A stretch of DNA of 64,000 bases from an uncultured Actinomycetes bacterium. GTDB taxonomy: Bacteria; Actinomycetota; UBA4738; HRBIN12. Location of the stretch: positions 211,266-275,265 of the forward strand of contig CAVPIB010000007.1 in NCBI GenBank assembly GCA_963704885.1, read 5' to 3'. Below, in pieces: positions 41,285 through 51,973 of this stretch. A program made the position numbers and the translations under genes. Every line of letters begins with the position of its first letter. Position 1 is the first letter of the stretch. The notes below the pieces were generated by a model. The model saw only the letters and a list, made by a program, of their open reading frames with translations. It made no database searches and was not told where the DNA came from.

Positions 41285-41917
41285 ATGGCGGACGAGAAGC
41301 GACCGCGATGGGAAGCCCTCATCGAGATCGTTGAGGTGACCTTCCTCGCCATCGTGGCGATCGCGACCGCTTGGAGCGGCTATCAGGCGACGCAGTGGGG
41401 CGGCCTCCAGTCGGAGCGTTACGGGCAGGCGTCGAGCACCAGGTTCGCGGCGGATGCGCTCTCCACGCTCGGGGGCCAGGAGCTCGTGGCGGACTCCGCC
41501 GTGTTCACCGCGTGGCTCGAAGCTCATCAGAAGGGCGACGCGGCGCTCGAGGATCTGCTCGTCCGCCGCCTCAGCCCCGAGTTCGCCGAGGCGTTTCAGG
41601 AGTGGCTGAAGACGGATCCCTTCGAGGACCCGTCGGCGCCGCCGGGCCCCGGATACATGCCGGGGTTCACGACCAAGCATCTGGAGGAGGCCAAGGACCT
41701 GAACGATCAGGCGTCGGCGGCGTTCGCCGAGGGCACCGAGGCTCGCGCCACGGCCAACAAGTACGTGCGCGACACGGTCCTGCTGGCTTCGGTCCTGTTC
41801 TGTGTGGCCATCGCGCAACGCTTCAAGATCCGTGGGGTGCGGATGGGGGCCAACGCCGTCGCGCTCACGCTGCTGATCTACACGCTGACGACGCTCGTCG
41901 TGCTTCCGCGGGCCTGA
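41285..41917 (+). CDS. Hypothetical membrane protein
   Basis: ATAWSGYQA, three TM segments, coupled to upstream gene. Confidence 0.8.
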   Translation: MADEKRPRWEALIEIVEVTFLAIVAIATAWSGYQATQWGGLQSERYGQASSTRFAADALSTLGGQELVADSAVFTAWLEAHQKGDAALEDLLVRRLSPEFAEAFQEWLKTDPFEDPSAPPGPGYMPGFTTKHLEEAKDLNDQASAAFAEGTEARATANKYVRDTVLLASVLFCVAIAQRFKIRGVRMGANAVALTLLIYTLTTLVVLPRA

Positions 41918-41956
41918 GCGTCCGGGTCGACCGCCGGGTCCGGGGAAGGATCGCCT

Positions 41957-44158
41957 CTAGTCGAGCAGGGCGTCGAACGCCTTCTGAGTGTCGGTCAACC
42001 GTTCCGCCAGCGTCCCGGCGAGCCATCGGTGAAGCGCCGCTGCCAGCTCCGGCTCATCGGCCTCCAACCGCTCGATGGAGGCCCGGCTGAGCCTAAGGAC
42101 CACGCTCGGCGTCTCGGCCACGACGTCGGCCGTGCGCGGAACACCCGTGTAGAGGGCGATCTCTCCGACCACCACCCCCGGTCGCACCGAGCGCAGGCGC
42201 ATCCGCGTCCCCTCGGGCGTCACCATCTCGACGCTCAGGCGGCCCGACTCCAACACGAACACATCCTCGGGCGGCTCGTCTTGGCGTATCAGCACGGTCC
42301 CTTCCGCGAGCGACACGTGTTCGAGGTATGTCTCAAGACCCGCCGGCATGCCGGCGAGCGACTCGGTAGCGGCGACCCCCGCGAGCCGCTCGGCCTGGGC
42401 GTCTTGCAGCAGGACGTCCTCGCACCGCTGCAGGCCTCGATCCAGATCCGGCTCGAACCGCACGACCCCTTCAGAGGGGACCACGCCGCCGCGGGCCAGC
42501 TGCTCGCGCACGCGATCCGAGGCCCCCGCTAACACCAGCTCGAACCCGCTCGCCTGGGCGAGGTGGGTCACCTTGACGAAGGACATCACCGCCGAGGCGT
42601 CCATGCCCGTCACCTGTCGCAGGTCCATCAGCAGGAACCGCGGCGCCGTCGTCTCCACCCGCTTGCGGATGCGTTCGAGCAGGCCGCTAGCCGAGCCGAA
42701 GAACACGAACCCGTGCACCCGCAGGATCTGAACCCGCTCGCCCATCTCGCGCAGGGATGCTCGCTCCGCGGGTGGACGGTCGACGTTGCTGCGGTAGGTG
42801 TCCCCGAACGCGACCTCGCGCACCAGTTCGATCCGACCGTAGCTGACCGCGAACAAGACGACGGCCATCACCAGGCCGATCACCACGCCGGGCAGGAACC
42901 CCTTCGTGATGATGCCCGCGAGGATCACCAGGACGACGGCGTACTCGACCTTCGGCAAGCTCCGCCGCTTGTCCCAGACCCACTCGACGATGAAGGCGAG
43001 GCCTAAGAACACCAGCACGCCGCCGACGATCATCCGCGGGATCAGCTCGATGACCGCCGCGCCGAACACGACGGCGGTGATCGGGACGAGCGAGGCGACG
43101 AGCCCGGCGGTCCGCGTGTTGACGCTCATGCGCTCCGCGAGCGCCGTCAGGCTGAGCGCGTGGTACCCGGGGATCCCACCGAGCGCCCCGGAGATGACGT
43201 TGAGGAAACCGGCGTCGCGGAGCTCCTGGTTCGTGTCTAGGTCCCGGTGAAGCACGATCTCGGTTCCGCTGATGTTGAACAAGATCGCGATGGACGGCGA
43301 CGAGCACCGCGGCGCGATCTCCGTCCACTGTCCGAGCACCGCCGACCAATCGGCGCCCGTGATTGCGCGCAGGGTCCACGGTTGCCACAGCCGCACGGAC
43401 TCGAACGGCCCGAGGAGCCATCTCCCCTCCTGCGCGGCGTCGATCGAGGAGCCGGTGACGAGCATGCCGATCACGAACAGGGCGAGCCCGATGCGCGAGC
43501 ACGATCGGGATGACCAGAGGCTTCTTCACCAGCCGGACGGCGAGGAGCAAGATCACGCCGAACGCGAATGCTGGAAGCCAGTGCTTGAGCGTCTCCGAGT
43601 TGAGCATCAGTCCGACCGTGCGCAGGTGCACCTCCACGCCCGAGGCGACATAGAGGCCGCCCTTCAAGAGCAGCCACCCGGTGCCGGCGAGGAAGCCGCC
43701 GACGACCGGGTACGGCACGAACCGGACCAGGTCGCCCAGCCGGAAGGTCCCGAGCGCCGAGAAGACGACACCGCAGAGGATCGTCACGACCAGGGTCGCG
43801 GCTATGACGGTGAGGAATACGTCGGGGGCTTCGTAGTTGCCCAGGGACCCTGCCGTGGCATCCCTCGCGATCGAAGCGGCCTTCGCCGCCGTGGTCGCTG
43901 CCACGACCGCGAGGACGGCCGCCGCCGCGTCCTGCACGCTTCCCACCACCCCCGGCGACCCGCCCTCCAGGCCAAGATCCCCAGCGTCAGTGCGGCAGCC
44001 ACGAGGTACAGGCCGATGCCATCGGCGAGGCGACCGACGAGGAGGCCGCCGAACACGAAGGCGGCGAACGCGATCGCGAGGACCGCCTCGACGACGCCGA
44101 TGATCACGCCAGCGGCGAGCGAGGTGAGCATCCCCACGGATCGTCGCTCCTCGGACAA
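41957..44158 (-). CDS. SulP-family anion transporter with STAS and cNMP-binding domains (frameshifted)
   Basis: PYPVVGGFLAG, YRSNVDR, FVFFGSA, MDASA, GVVVGEIALYTGVPRTA. Confidence 0.9.
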
Positions 44159-44177
44159 CGGCCTCCCCCTCGCAGTT

Positions 44178-46348
44178 CTAGTCGAAGAGGGCCACGACGG
44201 CCCTCTGAGTGTCGGTCAGCCGTTCCGCCAGCGTCCCGGCGAGCCATCGGTGAAGCGCCGCTGCCAGCTCCGGCTCTTCGGCCTCCATCCGCTCGATGGA
44301 GGCCCGGCTGAGCCTAAGGACCACGCTCGGCGTCTCGGCCACGACGTCGGCCGTGCGCGGGATACCCGTGTAGAGGGCGATCTCTCCGACCACCACGCCC
44401 GGGCGCACCGAGCGCAGGCGCATCGGCGTCCCCTCGGGCGTCACCATCTCGACGCTCAGCCGGCCCGACTCCAGCACGAACACGTCGTCGGGCGGCTCGT
44501 CCTGGCGGATCAGCACCGTGCCCTTCCGCCAGGGGCATGCGCTCGAGGTATGTCGAAAGACCCGGCGGCATGCCGGCGAGCGCCTCGCTCGACGCCGTCC
44601 TTTTCCCCGAGCCGCTCGGCCGGCGCCCTGGAGCAGAACGTCCTCGCACCGCTGCAGGCCTCGATCGAGATCCGGCTCGAACCGAGACGACCCCTTCAGA
44701 GGCCACCACGCCGCCGCGGGCCAGCTGCTCGCGCACCCGATCCGAGGCCCCCGCTAACACCAGCTCGAACCCGCTCGCCTGGGCGAGGTGGGTCACCTTG
44801 ACGAAGGACATCACCGCCGAGGCGTCCACGCCCGTCACCTGCCGCAGGTCCATCAGCAGGAACCGCGGCGCCGCCGTCTCCACCCGTTTGCGGATGCGCT
44901 CCAGCAGGCCGCTCGCCGAGCCGAAGAACACGAACCCGTGCACGCGCAGGATCTGAACCCGCTCGCCCATCTCGCGCAGGGATGCTCGCTCCGCGGGCGG
45001 ACGGTCGACGTTGCTGCGGTAGGTGTCCCCGAACGCGACCTCGCGCACCAGTTCTATCCGGCCGTAGCTGACCGCGAACAAGACGACGGCCATCACCAGG
45101 CCGATCACCACGCCTGGCAGGAACCCCTTGGTGATGATGCCCGCGAGGATCACCAGGACGACGGCGTACTCGACCCTCGGCAAGCTCCGCCGCTTGTCCC
45201 AGACCCACTCGACGATGAAGGCGAGGCCTAGGAACACGAGCACGCCGCCGACGATCATGCGCGGGATCAGCTCGATGACCGCCGCGCCGAACACGACGGC
45301 GGCGAGCGGGACGAGCGAGGCGACGAGCCCGGCGGTCCGCGTGTTGACGCTCATGCGCTCCGCGAGCGCCGTCAGGCTGAGCGCGTGGTACCCGGGGATC
45401 CCACCGAGCGCGCCGGAGATGACGTTGAGGAAACCGGCGTCGCGGAGCTCCTGGTTCGTGTCGAGGTCCCGGTGCAAGGACGATCTCGGTGCCGCTGACG
45501 TTGAACAGGACCCCGATCACGGCTACGAACACCACGGTGACGATGCCGGCGGACTTGGCCAAGCACCGCCGACCAGTCGGCGCCGGTGAGGGCGCGGAAG
45601 GTCCACGGCTGCCACAGCCGAGTCGAGTCGAACGGTCCGAGCATCCAACCTCCCCCGAGCGCGCGTCGGTGGTCGAGCCCGTGACGAGCATGCCGATCGC
45701 GAACAGCGCGAGCCCGGCCCCGATGACCACCGGGATCACGAGCGGCCGCTTCAACACCCGGGTCAGGACCAGCAGGATCACGCCGAAGACGACGGCCGGA
45801 ACCCAGTGGGCCAGCACGGCGGCGGGCCGTAGGTCGCCGACCGCGCGCAGGGAGACCTGCATGTCCGCCGCGACTCCGATGCCACCCTTCAGGAGCAGCC
45901 ACCCCGTTCCCGCCAGGAATCCGCCCACGACCGGGTATGGCACGTACCGGACCAGATTGCCCAGCCGGACCGTCCCCAGCACCAAGAACGTGATGCCCGT
46001 CAGGATCGTCACGACCAGGGTCGCGGCGATGACGGTGAGGAACGCCCGTTGGGGGCTCCCGTAGGCGTCCAGGGCCGTGCTCGTGGCGACGACCGCGAGC
46101 ACGGCCGCCGTCGCGTCCTGCACGCTGCCCACCACGCCGCGGTTGCCGGCCCTCCAGGCGAGGATCGCGAGCGTCAGCGCGCCCGCCACCAGGTACAGGC
46201 CGATGCCGTCGGCCAGGAAATACGCGAGGTAGCCGCCGAACACAAGGGCGGCGAACGAGATGACCAGGACCGCCTCGACGGCGCCGATGATCAAGCCGGC
46301 GGTGATAGAGGCGGCCAGCACTCCCCCAGATCGTCGCTGTTCGGACAC
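44178..46348 (-). CDS. SulP-STAS-cNMP transporter, tandem paralog (frameshifted)
   Basis: Same motifs; 3' ~1.3 kb nearly identical to the downstream copy. Confidence 0.9.
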
Positions 46349-46442
46349 GGAGCCCCCCGCCACGCCCTGTGCGAGAGAGACCTTATGCCCAGACGGTCGT
46401 TCCCGCTAGAGGGCTGGAGATCTGGATCCATACTGCTGACCG

Positions 46443-47279
46443 ATGCCCAACCTCCTCGCTGGCCTGGCGTCGCTGCTCTGGGGGACCGCCGACTTCCTCG
46501 GAGGCGTCGCGGTCAAGGACTGGAGCGCGCCCAGGTTCGGAGCGTTGACGCAGCTGATCGGCCTGGGGGTCGTGACCATCGCGATCGCGTTCTTCCCGGC
46601 CGATCCCACCACGACCGATCTCGTGTGGGGCGGTGTCGCCGGCGTGGCGACCGCGACCGGCACCGTCCTGCTCTACCGGAGCTTGGCGATCGGTCCTATG
46701 AACGTGGCTGCCCCCACCGCAGCCGTCATCGGCACGAGCATCCCCGTGATGCTCGGATTGCTCGCCGGCGAACGTCCCAGTGCCGCCGCTCTCTTAGGGG
46801 TCGTGCTGGCGTTGGTCTCGATCGCCCTCGTCGGCTCTCCGCAGGAGGGCACGACCCTGCGTGGAACGCGTCACGTGCTCCTGGTCGCGGCGGGGGCTGG
46901 AGTGTCGATCGGGGTCGGGACCGCCTGCTTCGCTCAGACCTCTATCTCGTCCGGGGTCTGGCCCTTCGGGATGGCCAAGCTGATCGCGGCCGTCCTCCTC
47001 GGGGCGACGGTGCTCGCAGCGGGGACGGTTCGGGAGCGGGGGCCGCGGCGGGATCTCCGCCTGCCGCTCGCGGTGGGGGTCGCAGACGCCGGGGCGACGA
47101 TCTCGCTGCTCCTCGCCCTCCAGCGAGGGTCGCTGGTGCTGGTGGGGGTGTTGGCTGGCCTCTTCCCGGTCGTCACCGTTCTTCTTGCCCGGCTGATCTT
47201 GAAGGAGCGGATCGCTCGGGCCCAGCTCTTGGGTCTCATGTTCGCGCTGGCAGCCGTTGCCCTGATCGCGTCTTCGTGA
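46443..47279 (+). CDS. EamA/DMT family transporter
   Basis: WGTADFLGG, about 10 TM, PVVTVLLA..ILKERI. Confidence 0.9.
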   Translation: MPNLLAGLASLLWGTADFLGGVAVKDWSAPRFGALTQLIGLGVVTIAIAFFPADPTTTDLVWGGVAGVATATGTVLLYRSLAIGPMNVAAPTAAVIGTSIPVMLGLLAGERPSAAALLGVVLALVSIALVGSPQEGTTLRGTRHVLLVAAGAGVSIGVGTACFAQTSISSGVWPFGMAKLIAAVLLGATVLAAGTVRERGPRRDLRLPLAVGVADAGATISLLLALQRGSLVLVGVLAGLFPVVTVLLARLILKERIARAQLLGLMFALAAVALIASS

Positions 47280-47319
47280 GTCGGCTGCTCAGGGTGTTTC
47301 GGGATCCGAACGTCCGTCG

Positions 47320-47640
47320 CTAGCCGTCGGCTCGGAGCAGGGTGAGCAACATCACGGTGGGCTCTTCGGCCACGAGGGAATGTGGAGCCCCCGTCACCAT
47401 GTGGACCCAGGAGCCGGGTCTCATTTCCTGCTCCTGTCCGTCGACCGTGAACCGCATCTTTCCCTCGAGCACCTGCACGATCGCGGCGCGTGACGCCTGA
47501 TGCTCCGTGAGTCCTTCGCCGGCATCGAACCCGAACACCGTCACGTCGAGCAACTCGTCGCGATAGATCACCTTCGAGACGACGGCGCCGGCCTGGATCG
47601 TTACGGCTCGTGCCGCGTCGGCTATAGCGGTGTGCGTCAT
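47320..47640 (-). CDS. Cupin domain protein
   Basis: FDAGEGLTEH, QVLEG, PHSL. Confidence 0.9.
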   Translation of the reverse strand: MTHTAIADAARAVTIQAGAVVSKVIYRDELLDVTVFGFDAGEGLTEHQASRAAIVQVLEGKMRFTVDGQEQEMRPGSWVHMVTGAPHSLVAEEPTVMLLTLLRADG

Positions 47641-47692
47641 GGTTCCTCCTGCATCACGTCGTGTTCGCCCACTGGCCGCGTCCCGGTCGATG

Positions 47693-49627
47693 CTACGTTC
47701 CTGTCAGCGAGAAGTGCATGTAGTCCTTGATCGAGCGCCAGTCGCCGCCCCAGCTCCAACCGATCGCGGCGAACGATCGCACCACTACGTCGCCCGGATG
47801 GATCATGCCGCGCTGGTTCCGCGAGCGATCGCGGTACGGGGCCGCGGCGCGGCGCAGCACGGTTCCGTCGCCGCGCACGTACGGGTTGTGCAGGGGGTTG
47901 ATGTCGATGGCCCAACCGTATGAGTGTTGTGAGAGCGCCCCCTCGTTCTCCGTCGCCGGCCGGCAGTTGAATGCGGCGGTGACGTTTCGGGTGCTGAACC
48001 AGTCGATAGGACGTTGCGGGCGGTACCGAGCCGGGAGCGCTATCCGGAAGATGCGGAAGCGAGCGTCGAAGAGCCGTGCGAACACCGACCGAACGTCGGC
48101 GGCGACGCTCTCGTTCACGACGAGCGGTCCGCGACGCTCCGAGCCGTCGAAACCCCAATAGTCCACGGTGAGGACCCGTAGATCCTCGATCGGCACGGGG
48201 CAACCGGCGTGCCAGTTGCGCCCGACCAGCTGACGGCGGAGCTCGGGTCCGATCACCGAGATGCGTCCCGAGAACCGAGGCGCAGGCTCGGCAACCGAGA
48301 GCTTGGTCAAGGTGCCGAGCGCCGGACCATCCACGGTCAGCTCGTCGCCCCCGGTGATCACCAGCGGACCGGATCCGAGTTCGTGTCCGTCGATCGTGGC
48401 GCCAGGCCCCGACGCTCGCAGCCGGAGCGACGTCAGGCCGCTCGCGACCTCCACGTGGATCAACCCCGGTTCCGGGTACGGCGACGGGCGGAGGCCTCCG
48501 TAGTAGAAGGCCAGGATGCGTGCGGCGGGCCAGCCGCGCAGCGCCTTGCCGTAGGCGCCCCACTGGACCATGCCGACACCGTGGCCCCAGCCTCTGCCGG
48601 TGATGACCGCAGAACCATGCGAGGACCTCGCGTTCATCCACCGCGAGGGGATCGTGACGGGAAGGGCGCCGGGCGGGTAGCGGGCCGGCTCCAGGCACGG
48701 CCCCCATGTGTTCACGGCGGCTCGGAATCCGCTGCCGTCGATCACGTGCGCCAGGCCGCCGCCGTCCGTCACCGTCACGCTCGAGCCGTCTCCGTAGACG
48801 CCCGCGATCCTGCGATCGCCCGGCCACGCGCCGGCGCGCGACAGGAACGTCGCCAGGTCGCGGAAGCCGATCCCGACCTCCCATCGCGAGGTCGGCGACG
48901 CTCCATCGTCGCGCTCGATCACCGGGCGCAGGTAGGGCAGCGGCGCGCTCCCGAACACATCCTCGTTGCCATACGTCCGGCCGTTCGAGGTGGAGGAGTA
49001 GACGGTGTCGGCAGGTCGCCCCTCGAAGAGCAGGACCTGACCCGTGGTGCGTCGGACCGCCGCGTGCCATCTGGCGATCCCCGTCACCGGCTCGACCGGG
49101 ATGCCGCGGTAGACCTGGCACGAGGTGGTCGAGCAGATCGGCGTGTCCAGCGTCTCGCCCTGCTGGCCGTTCCACCCCGTGGTGGCCAGAGCGTAGCTGC
49201 GAGCGGCGATCGCCTGTGCCTCGAGCGCCGCCACCGGCCACGAGGGAGGTACTTCCGCGATGCCCTGCAGGTATGCCTCGAACGGGAGCGTGACGGTGAG
49301 CGACAACGTGCCGTCGTCGGCCAGGCGCACCGCGAGGGTGCCCGGGTACCGGGCCAGGAGCCTCGGCTGCTCGAAGTCCTCACAGCTCGACTGGGCCCAG
49401 GGGTAGGCGCCGCGCACCAGGAACGAGCCCGCGCTCGGCGGCCTGACCCGGATGTTGCCGGTGGCGCCCAGCGGTGGGGGAGCCTCAGACGGCGAGTCGG
49501 AGGCATCTGCTGAGGTCGCCGGCGACGGAGCGGCGGTCCCGGAGGACGACGGCGCCGACGCGGTGCACGCGGTCGACACCAGGAGGATGGCCACGACCGG
49601 GAGGGCGAACCGGGATGGCGCCACCAC
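47693..49627 (-). CDS. SpoIID/LytB domain fused to M15 metallopeptidase, lipoprotein
   Basis: YLQGIAEVPPSWP, AQAIAARSY, CQVY, GRGWGHGVGMVQWGA; FNCR, SQHSYGWAIDINP, WGGDW, DYMHF. Confidence 0.9.
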   Translation of the reverse strand: MVAPSRFALPVVAILLVSTACTASAPSSSGTAAPSPATSADASDSPSEAPPPLGATGNIRVRPPSAGSFLVRGAYPWAQSSCEDFEQPRLLARYPGTLAVRLADDGTLSLTVTLPFEAYLQGIAEVPPSWPVAALEAQAIAARSYALATTGWNGQQGETLDTPICSTTSCQVYRGIPVEPVTGIARWHAAVRRTTGQVLLFEGRPADTVYSSTSNGRTYGNEDVFGSAPLPYLRPVIERDDGASPTSRWEVGIGFRDLATFLSRAGAWPGDRRIAGVYGDGSSVTVTDGGGLAHVIDGSGFRAAVNTWGPCLEPARYPPGALPVTIPSRWMNARSSHGSAVITGRGWGHGVGMVQWGAYGKALRGWPAARILAFYYGGLRPSPYPEPGLIHVEVASGLTSLRLRASGPGATIDGHELGSGPLVITGGDELTVDGPALGTLTKLSVAEPAPRFSGRISVIGPELRRQLVGRNWHAGCPVPIEDLRVLTVDYWGFDGSERRGPLVVNESVAADVRSVFARLFDARFRIFRIALPARYRPQRPIDWFSTRNVTAAFNCRPATENEGALSQHSYGWAIDINPLHNPYVRGDGTVLRRAAAPYRDRSRNQRGMIHPGDVVVRSFAAIGWSWGGDWRSIKDYMHFSLTGT

Positions 49628-49684
49628 GCCAGGATACGCCCGACCCCGATCAGCTCTTGCTGCCGCTTGGGCCGCGACTCCCTT

Positions 49685-49722
49685 AGAAAGGGCCGGCCGC
49701 TGGAGAAAGGGCCGGCCGCTGG
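49685..49722. repeat. Perfect 19-bp tandem repeat
   Basis: agaaagggccggccgctgg twice, directly after vapC stop. Confidence 0.9.
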
Positions 49723-49723
49723 C

Positions 49724-50113
49724 TTATCTGAGCACCCTCATCTCGAGCCCGGGGAGTCCGCCGAAGCCCCGATCGTCCGCCGTGACCAGGATCCGGGCCG
49801 TGCTGACGGCGGTCGCGGCGATGATCAGATCGTGCGCGCCGCGTGGTCGGCCGTCGCGGCGCGTGGCCCCCAGGAGCGCCGCGTGCGACCTCGCGGTATC
49901 GAGCGTGTAGTCCTCCACCTTCAGGGTGTCGAGCACACCCTCGACGAACGTCGCTCGGCGAGCGCGGTGGCGAGACGTCGCCAGCTCCACCCCCACGAGC
50001 AGTTCCGCGACGGTGACAGCGGCGATCGCGACGTCGTCGTCGTCCGCGATCACTTCATCGAGCCGAGCGCGCGAGCGCTCCGCCGAGATCAGCACGGTCG
50101 TATCAAGGATCAA
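49724..50113 (-). CDS. vapC: VapC PIN-domain toxin
   Basis: ILDTTVLI, AEL, DLIIAATA, TADD. Confidence 0.9.
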   Translation of the reverse strand: MILDTTVLISAERSRARLDEVIADDDDVAIAAVTVAELLVGVELATSRHRARRATFVEGVLDTLKVEDYTLDTARSHAALLGATRRDGRPRGAHDLIIAATAVSTARILVTADDRGFGGLPGLEMRVLR

Positions 50114-50361
50114 TCGGTCCAGTTGCGCTCCTCGGCGATCGACCCTGCGCGCAGCTCTGCCAGTTGGGTAGACCAGTTGCCGTCCACACGGTGGCTCACC
50201 AAGAAGTCCTTAGCTGCCCGACCCGACGCTGACGCCGCCGGCACGAGGTGCGCGATCGGGTGCCCGCGCCGCACGATCGCGAACGACTCGCCTCGATGCT
50301 CGACGGCATCTAGAACGTCCGAGAAGCGTCGAGCAGCGGTCGTGGCTGAGATGTCCCTCAT
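50110..50361 (-). CDS. vapB: Phd/YefM-type antitoxin
   Basis: ISATTAARRFSDVLDAV..GESFAIVRRGHPIA; 4-bp overlap with toxin. Confidence 0.88.
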   Translation of the reverse strand: MRDISATTAARRFSDVLDAVEHRGESFAIVRRGHPIAHLVPAASASGRAAKDFLVSHRVDGNWSTQLAELRAGSIAEERNWTD

Positions 50362-50458
50362 AGGAGTCAGATTATCAGAGTGAGGGCTCCCGTCCACGTA
50401 CCGACCTTACCGAGTGGCTCAGACACGGGTTCCTCGATCGACGAGATCGCGACGAGCA

Positions 50459-50486
50459 GAAGGGCCGGTCCGAAGACCGGCCCTTC
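50459..50486 (-). terminator. 12-bp stem hairpin downstream of ScyD/E gene
   Basis: gaagggccggtc-cgaa-gaccggcccttc. Confidence 0.65.
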
Positions 50487-50544
50487 GATGCCCATGGGGG
50501 ACCTGTGCGAGTCGATCCTCGCGCTGGATCCGCCCGGTGTGACG

Positions 50545-51582
50545 TCAGACCAGCGGCACTACCGCCGTTTCTCCGGGGATGAGAGCGGAGACGACCACGA
50601 ACACACCGGAGTCGTTCTCTGCGGCGGCCATCGGCATGGTCAGGCCGGTCGCCGCCTCGGTGCACGTCCACGTGGTCGGGTCGCACGCGTTCACCGTTCC
50701 ACCCGCCATCGCGCTCGGGAGGACCTCGACCGCGAACCAGCTGGCTTCGTCCAGCTCGACGACGTAGGCGGTACCGTCGGCCCCGAACGTGAGGTCGACG
50801 ATCGACGTGAACCCGTCGGCGACGACGGTGCACGGTGAACCGACGGCGTCGGGGTCACAGTGCTCATGCCGCGTGCCGGGCTCGATCCGCCAGACGCGAG
50901 ACTCACCGGTCGGTGCGGGGAATCCCTTCAGCTCCGTGACGTAGTAGGCGCCGTCGGGACCGATCGCCGCGCTCGTGGCAACCGCCTGCGCCGGGATCTG
51001 GTCCGGTAGGTCGCAGATCTCGGCCAGCTCCGGCGGCGCGTCGGGGCATCCGGCCAGCGTCTTCGCGTTCGCTGTCGACACGAGCTCGTCGGGCAACGTC
51101 GCGATCCAGTTGACCCCACCACGCCTGTTCGCGATGAGCAGCGCGTTGGCGCCCGCGTCGGCGATCAGGGCGCGCTTGGTGCCCAGTGCGGTCACGTCGA
51201 AGGGATTCGAGTCGACCTCGCCCCCATCGGGGTTGACGATCCGCTCGAACTTGCCGAGGCCGGCCAGGAAGCGGGGCGTCCCGTGCACGACCTTGAAGAG
51301 CTTCCTGCCGGCGATGGCCCACATCCAACCGGGCCGTACCGGAGCGATATCCGTGACCCGCGGCAACTCGGCGATGAGCTGCCCCTCGCCGGCCTGAAGC
51401 CGAACGATACCGGCGCCGCTGTCGGCAGCGAACAGGACGTCCCCCGGCCCGGCCGCCAACCCGAAGACCGGACCCGCGAACTCATACGCCGCGCCCGCCG
51501 TCGCGGACGGGGCGAACCCTGCCGTCACGGCGGCTACCAACAACAGAACGGTCAACATGCGGCCTGACGATCGATGCTTCAT
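50545..51582 (-). CDS. ScyD/ScyE family secreted beta-propeller protein
   Basis: DSNPFDV, ADAGANAL, QAVATS..GPDGAYYVTELKGFP, GFTSIVDL. Confidence 0.85.
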   Translation of the reverse strand: MKHRSSGRMLTVLLLVAAVTAGFAPSATAGAAYEFAGPVFGLAAGPGDVLFAADSGAGIVRLQAGEGQLIAELPRVTDIAPVRPGWMWAIAGRKLFKVVHGTPRFLAGLGKFERIVNPDGGEVDSNPFDVTALGTKRALIADAGANALLIANRRGGVNWIATLPDELVSTANAKTLAGCPDAPPELAEICDLPDQIPAQAVATSAAIGPDGAYYVTELKGFPAPTGESRVWRIEPGTRHEHCDPDAVGSPCTVVADGFTSIVDLTFGADGTAYVVELDEASWFAVEVLPSAMAGGTVNACDPTTWTCTEAATGLTMPMAAAENDSGVFVVVSALIPGETAVVPLV

Positions 51583-51654
51583 CCGAGCCCCTCCCCTTAG
51601 ATCCTCGATGATGTGCGAACGCTGTGTATCAGCACTGCCTCTGTCGGTCAACCC

Positions 51655-51910
51655 GCGCAGAACGGACCGGACCCGGTGTGGGTCCGGTCCGTTCGTCTGC
51701 TTGTCCCCTCACGAGCGCTTCGGACTCTTGCGAGGCCTCGTCCGGTAGACCAGCCGGAACCCGTGAGGTCGGTGAGATGGTTGGATTCTGCCGGTCTCCC
51801 GGCGAGCGGGCGAGGTGGTGAGCCCCGGCCCGCGAGGGATGGCTCAGCAGCCACTCACCTCGAGGGTCGCCTGCTGTCTATGCAAGTTGGACCACCTCCT
51901 TCCTCTCGTG
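51655..51910 (-). ncRNA. Candidate structured small RNA or leader-peptide RNA
   Basis: TTGCCT-N17-CAGGAT promoter-like (51945-51917), no credible long ORF, ends in 15-bp hairpin 51660-51694. Confidence 0.4.
51660..51694 (-). terminator. Perfect 15-bp stem hairpin
   Basis: gaacggaccggaccc-ggtgt-gggtccggtccgttc. Confidence 0.7.
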
Positions 51911-51973
51911 CCGCACATCCTGCGGCAGTCCTGGCGGGAAGGCAACAACGAAAGCTGTCGTTATGGTTCGTGT

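Noticed and set aside
51710-51885. Cys-TGA as a possible selenocysteine read-through peptide
   Set aside because: The read-through product is low-complexity Arg/Pro-rich with no selenoprotein-like fold, and I could not identify a convincing SECIS.
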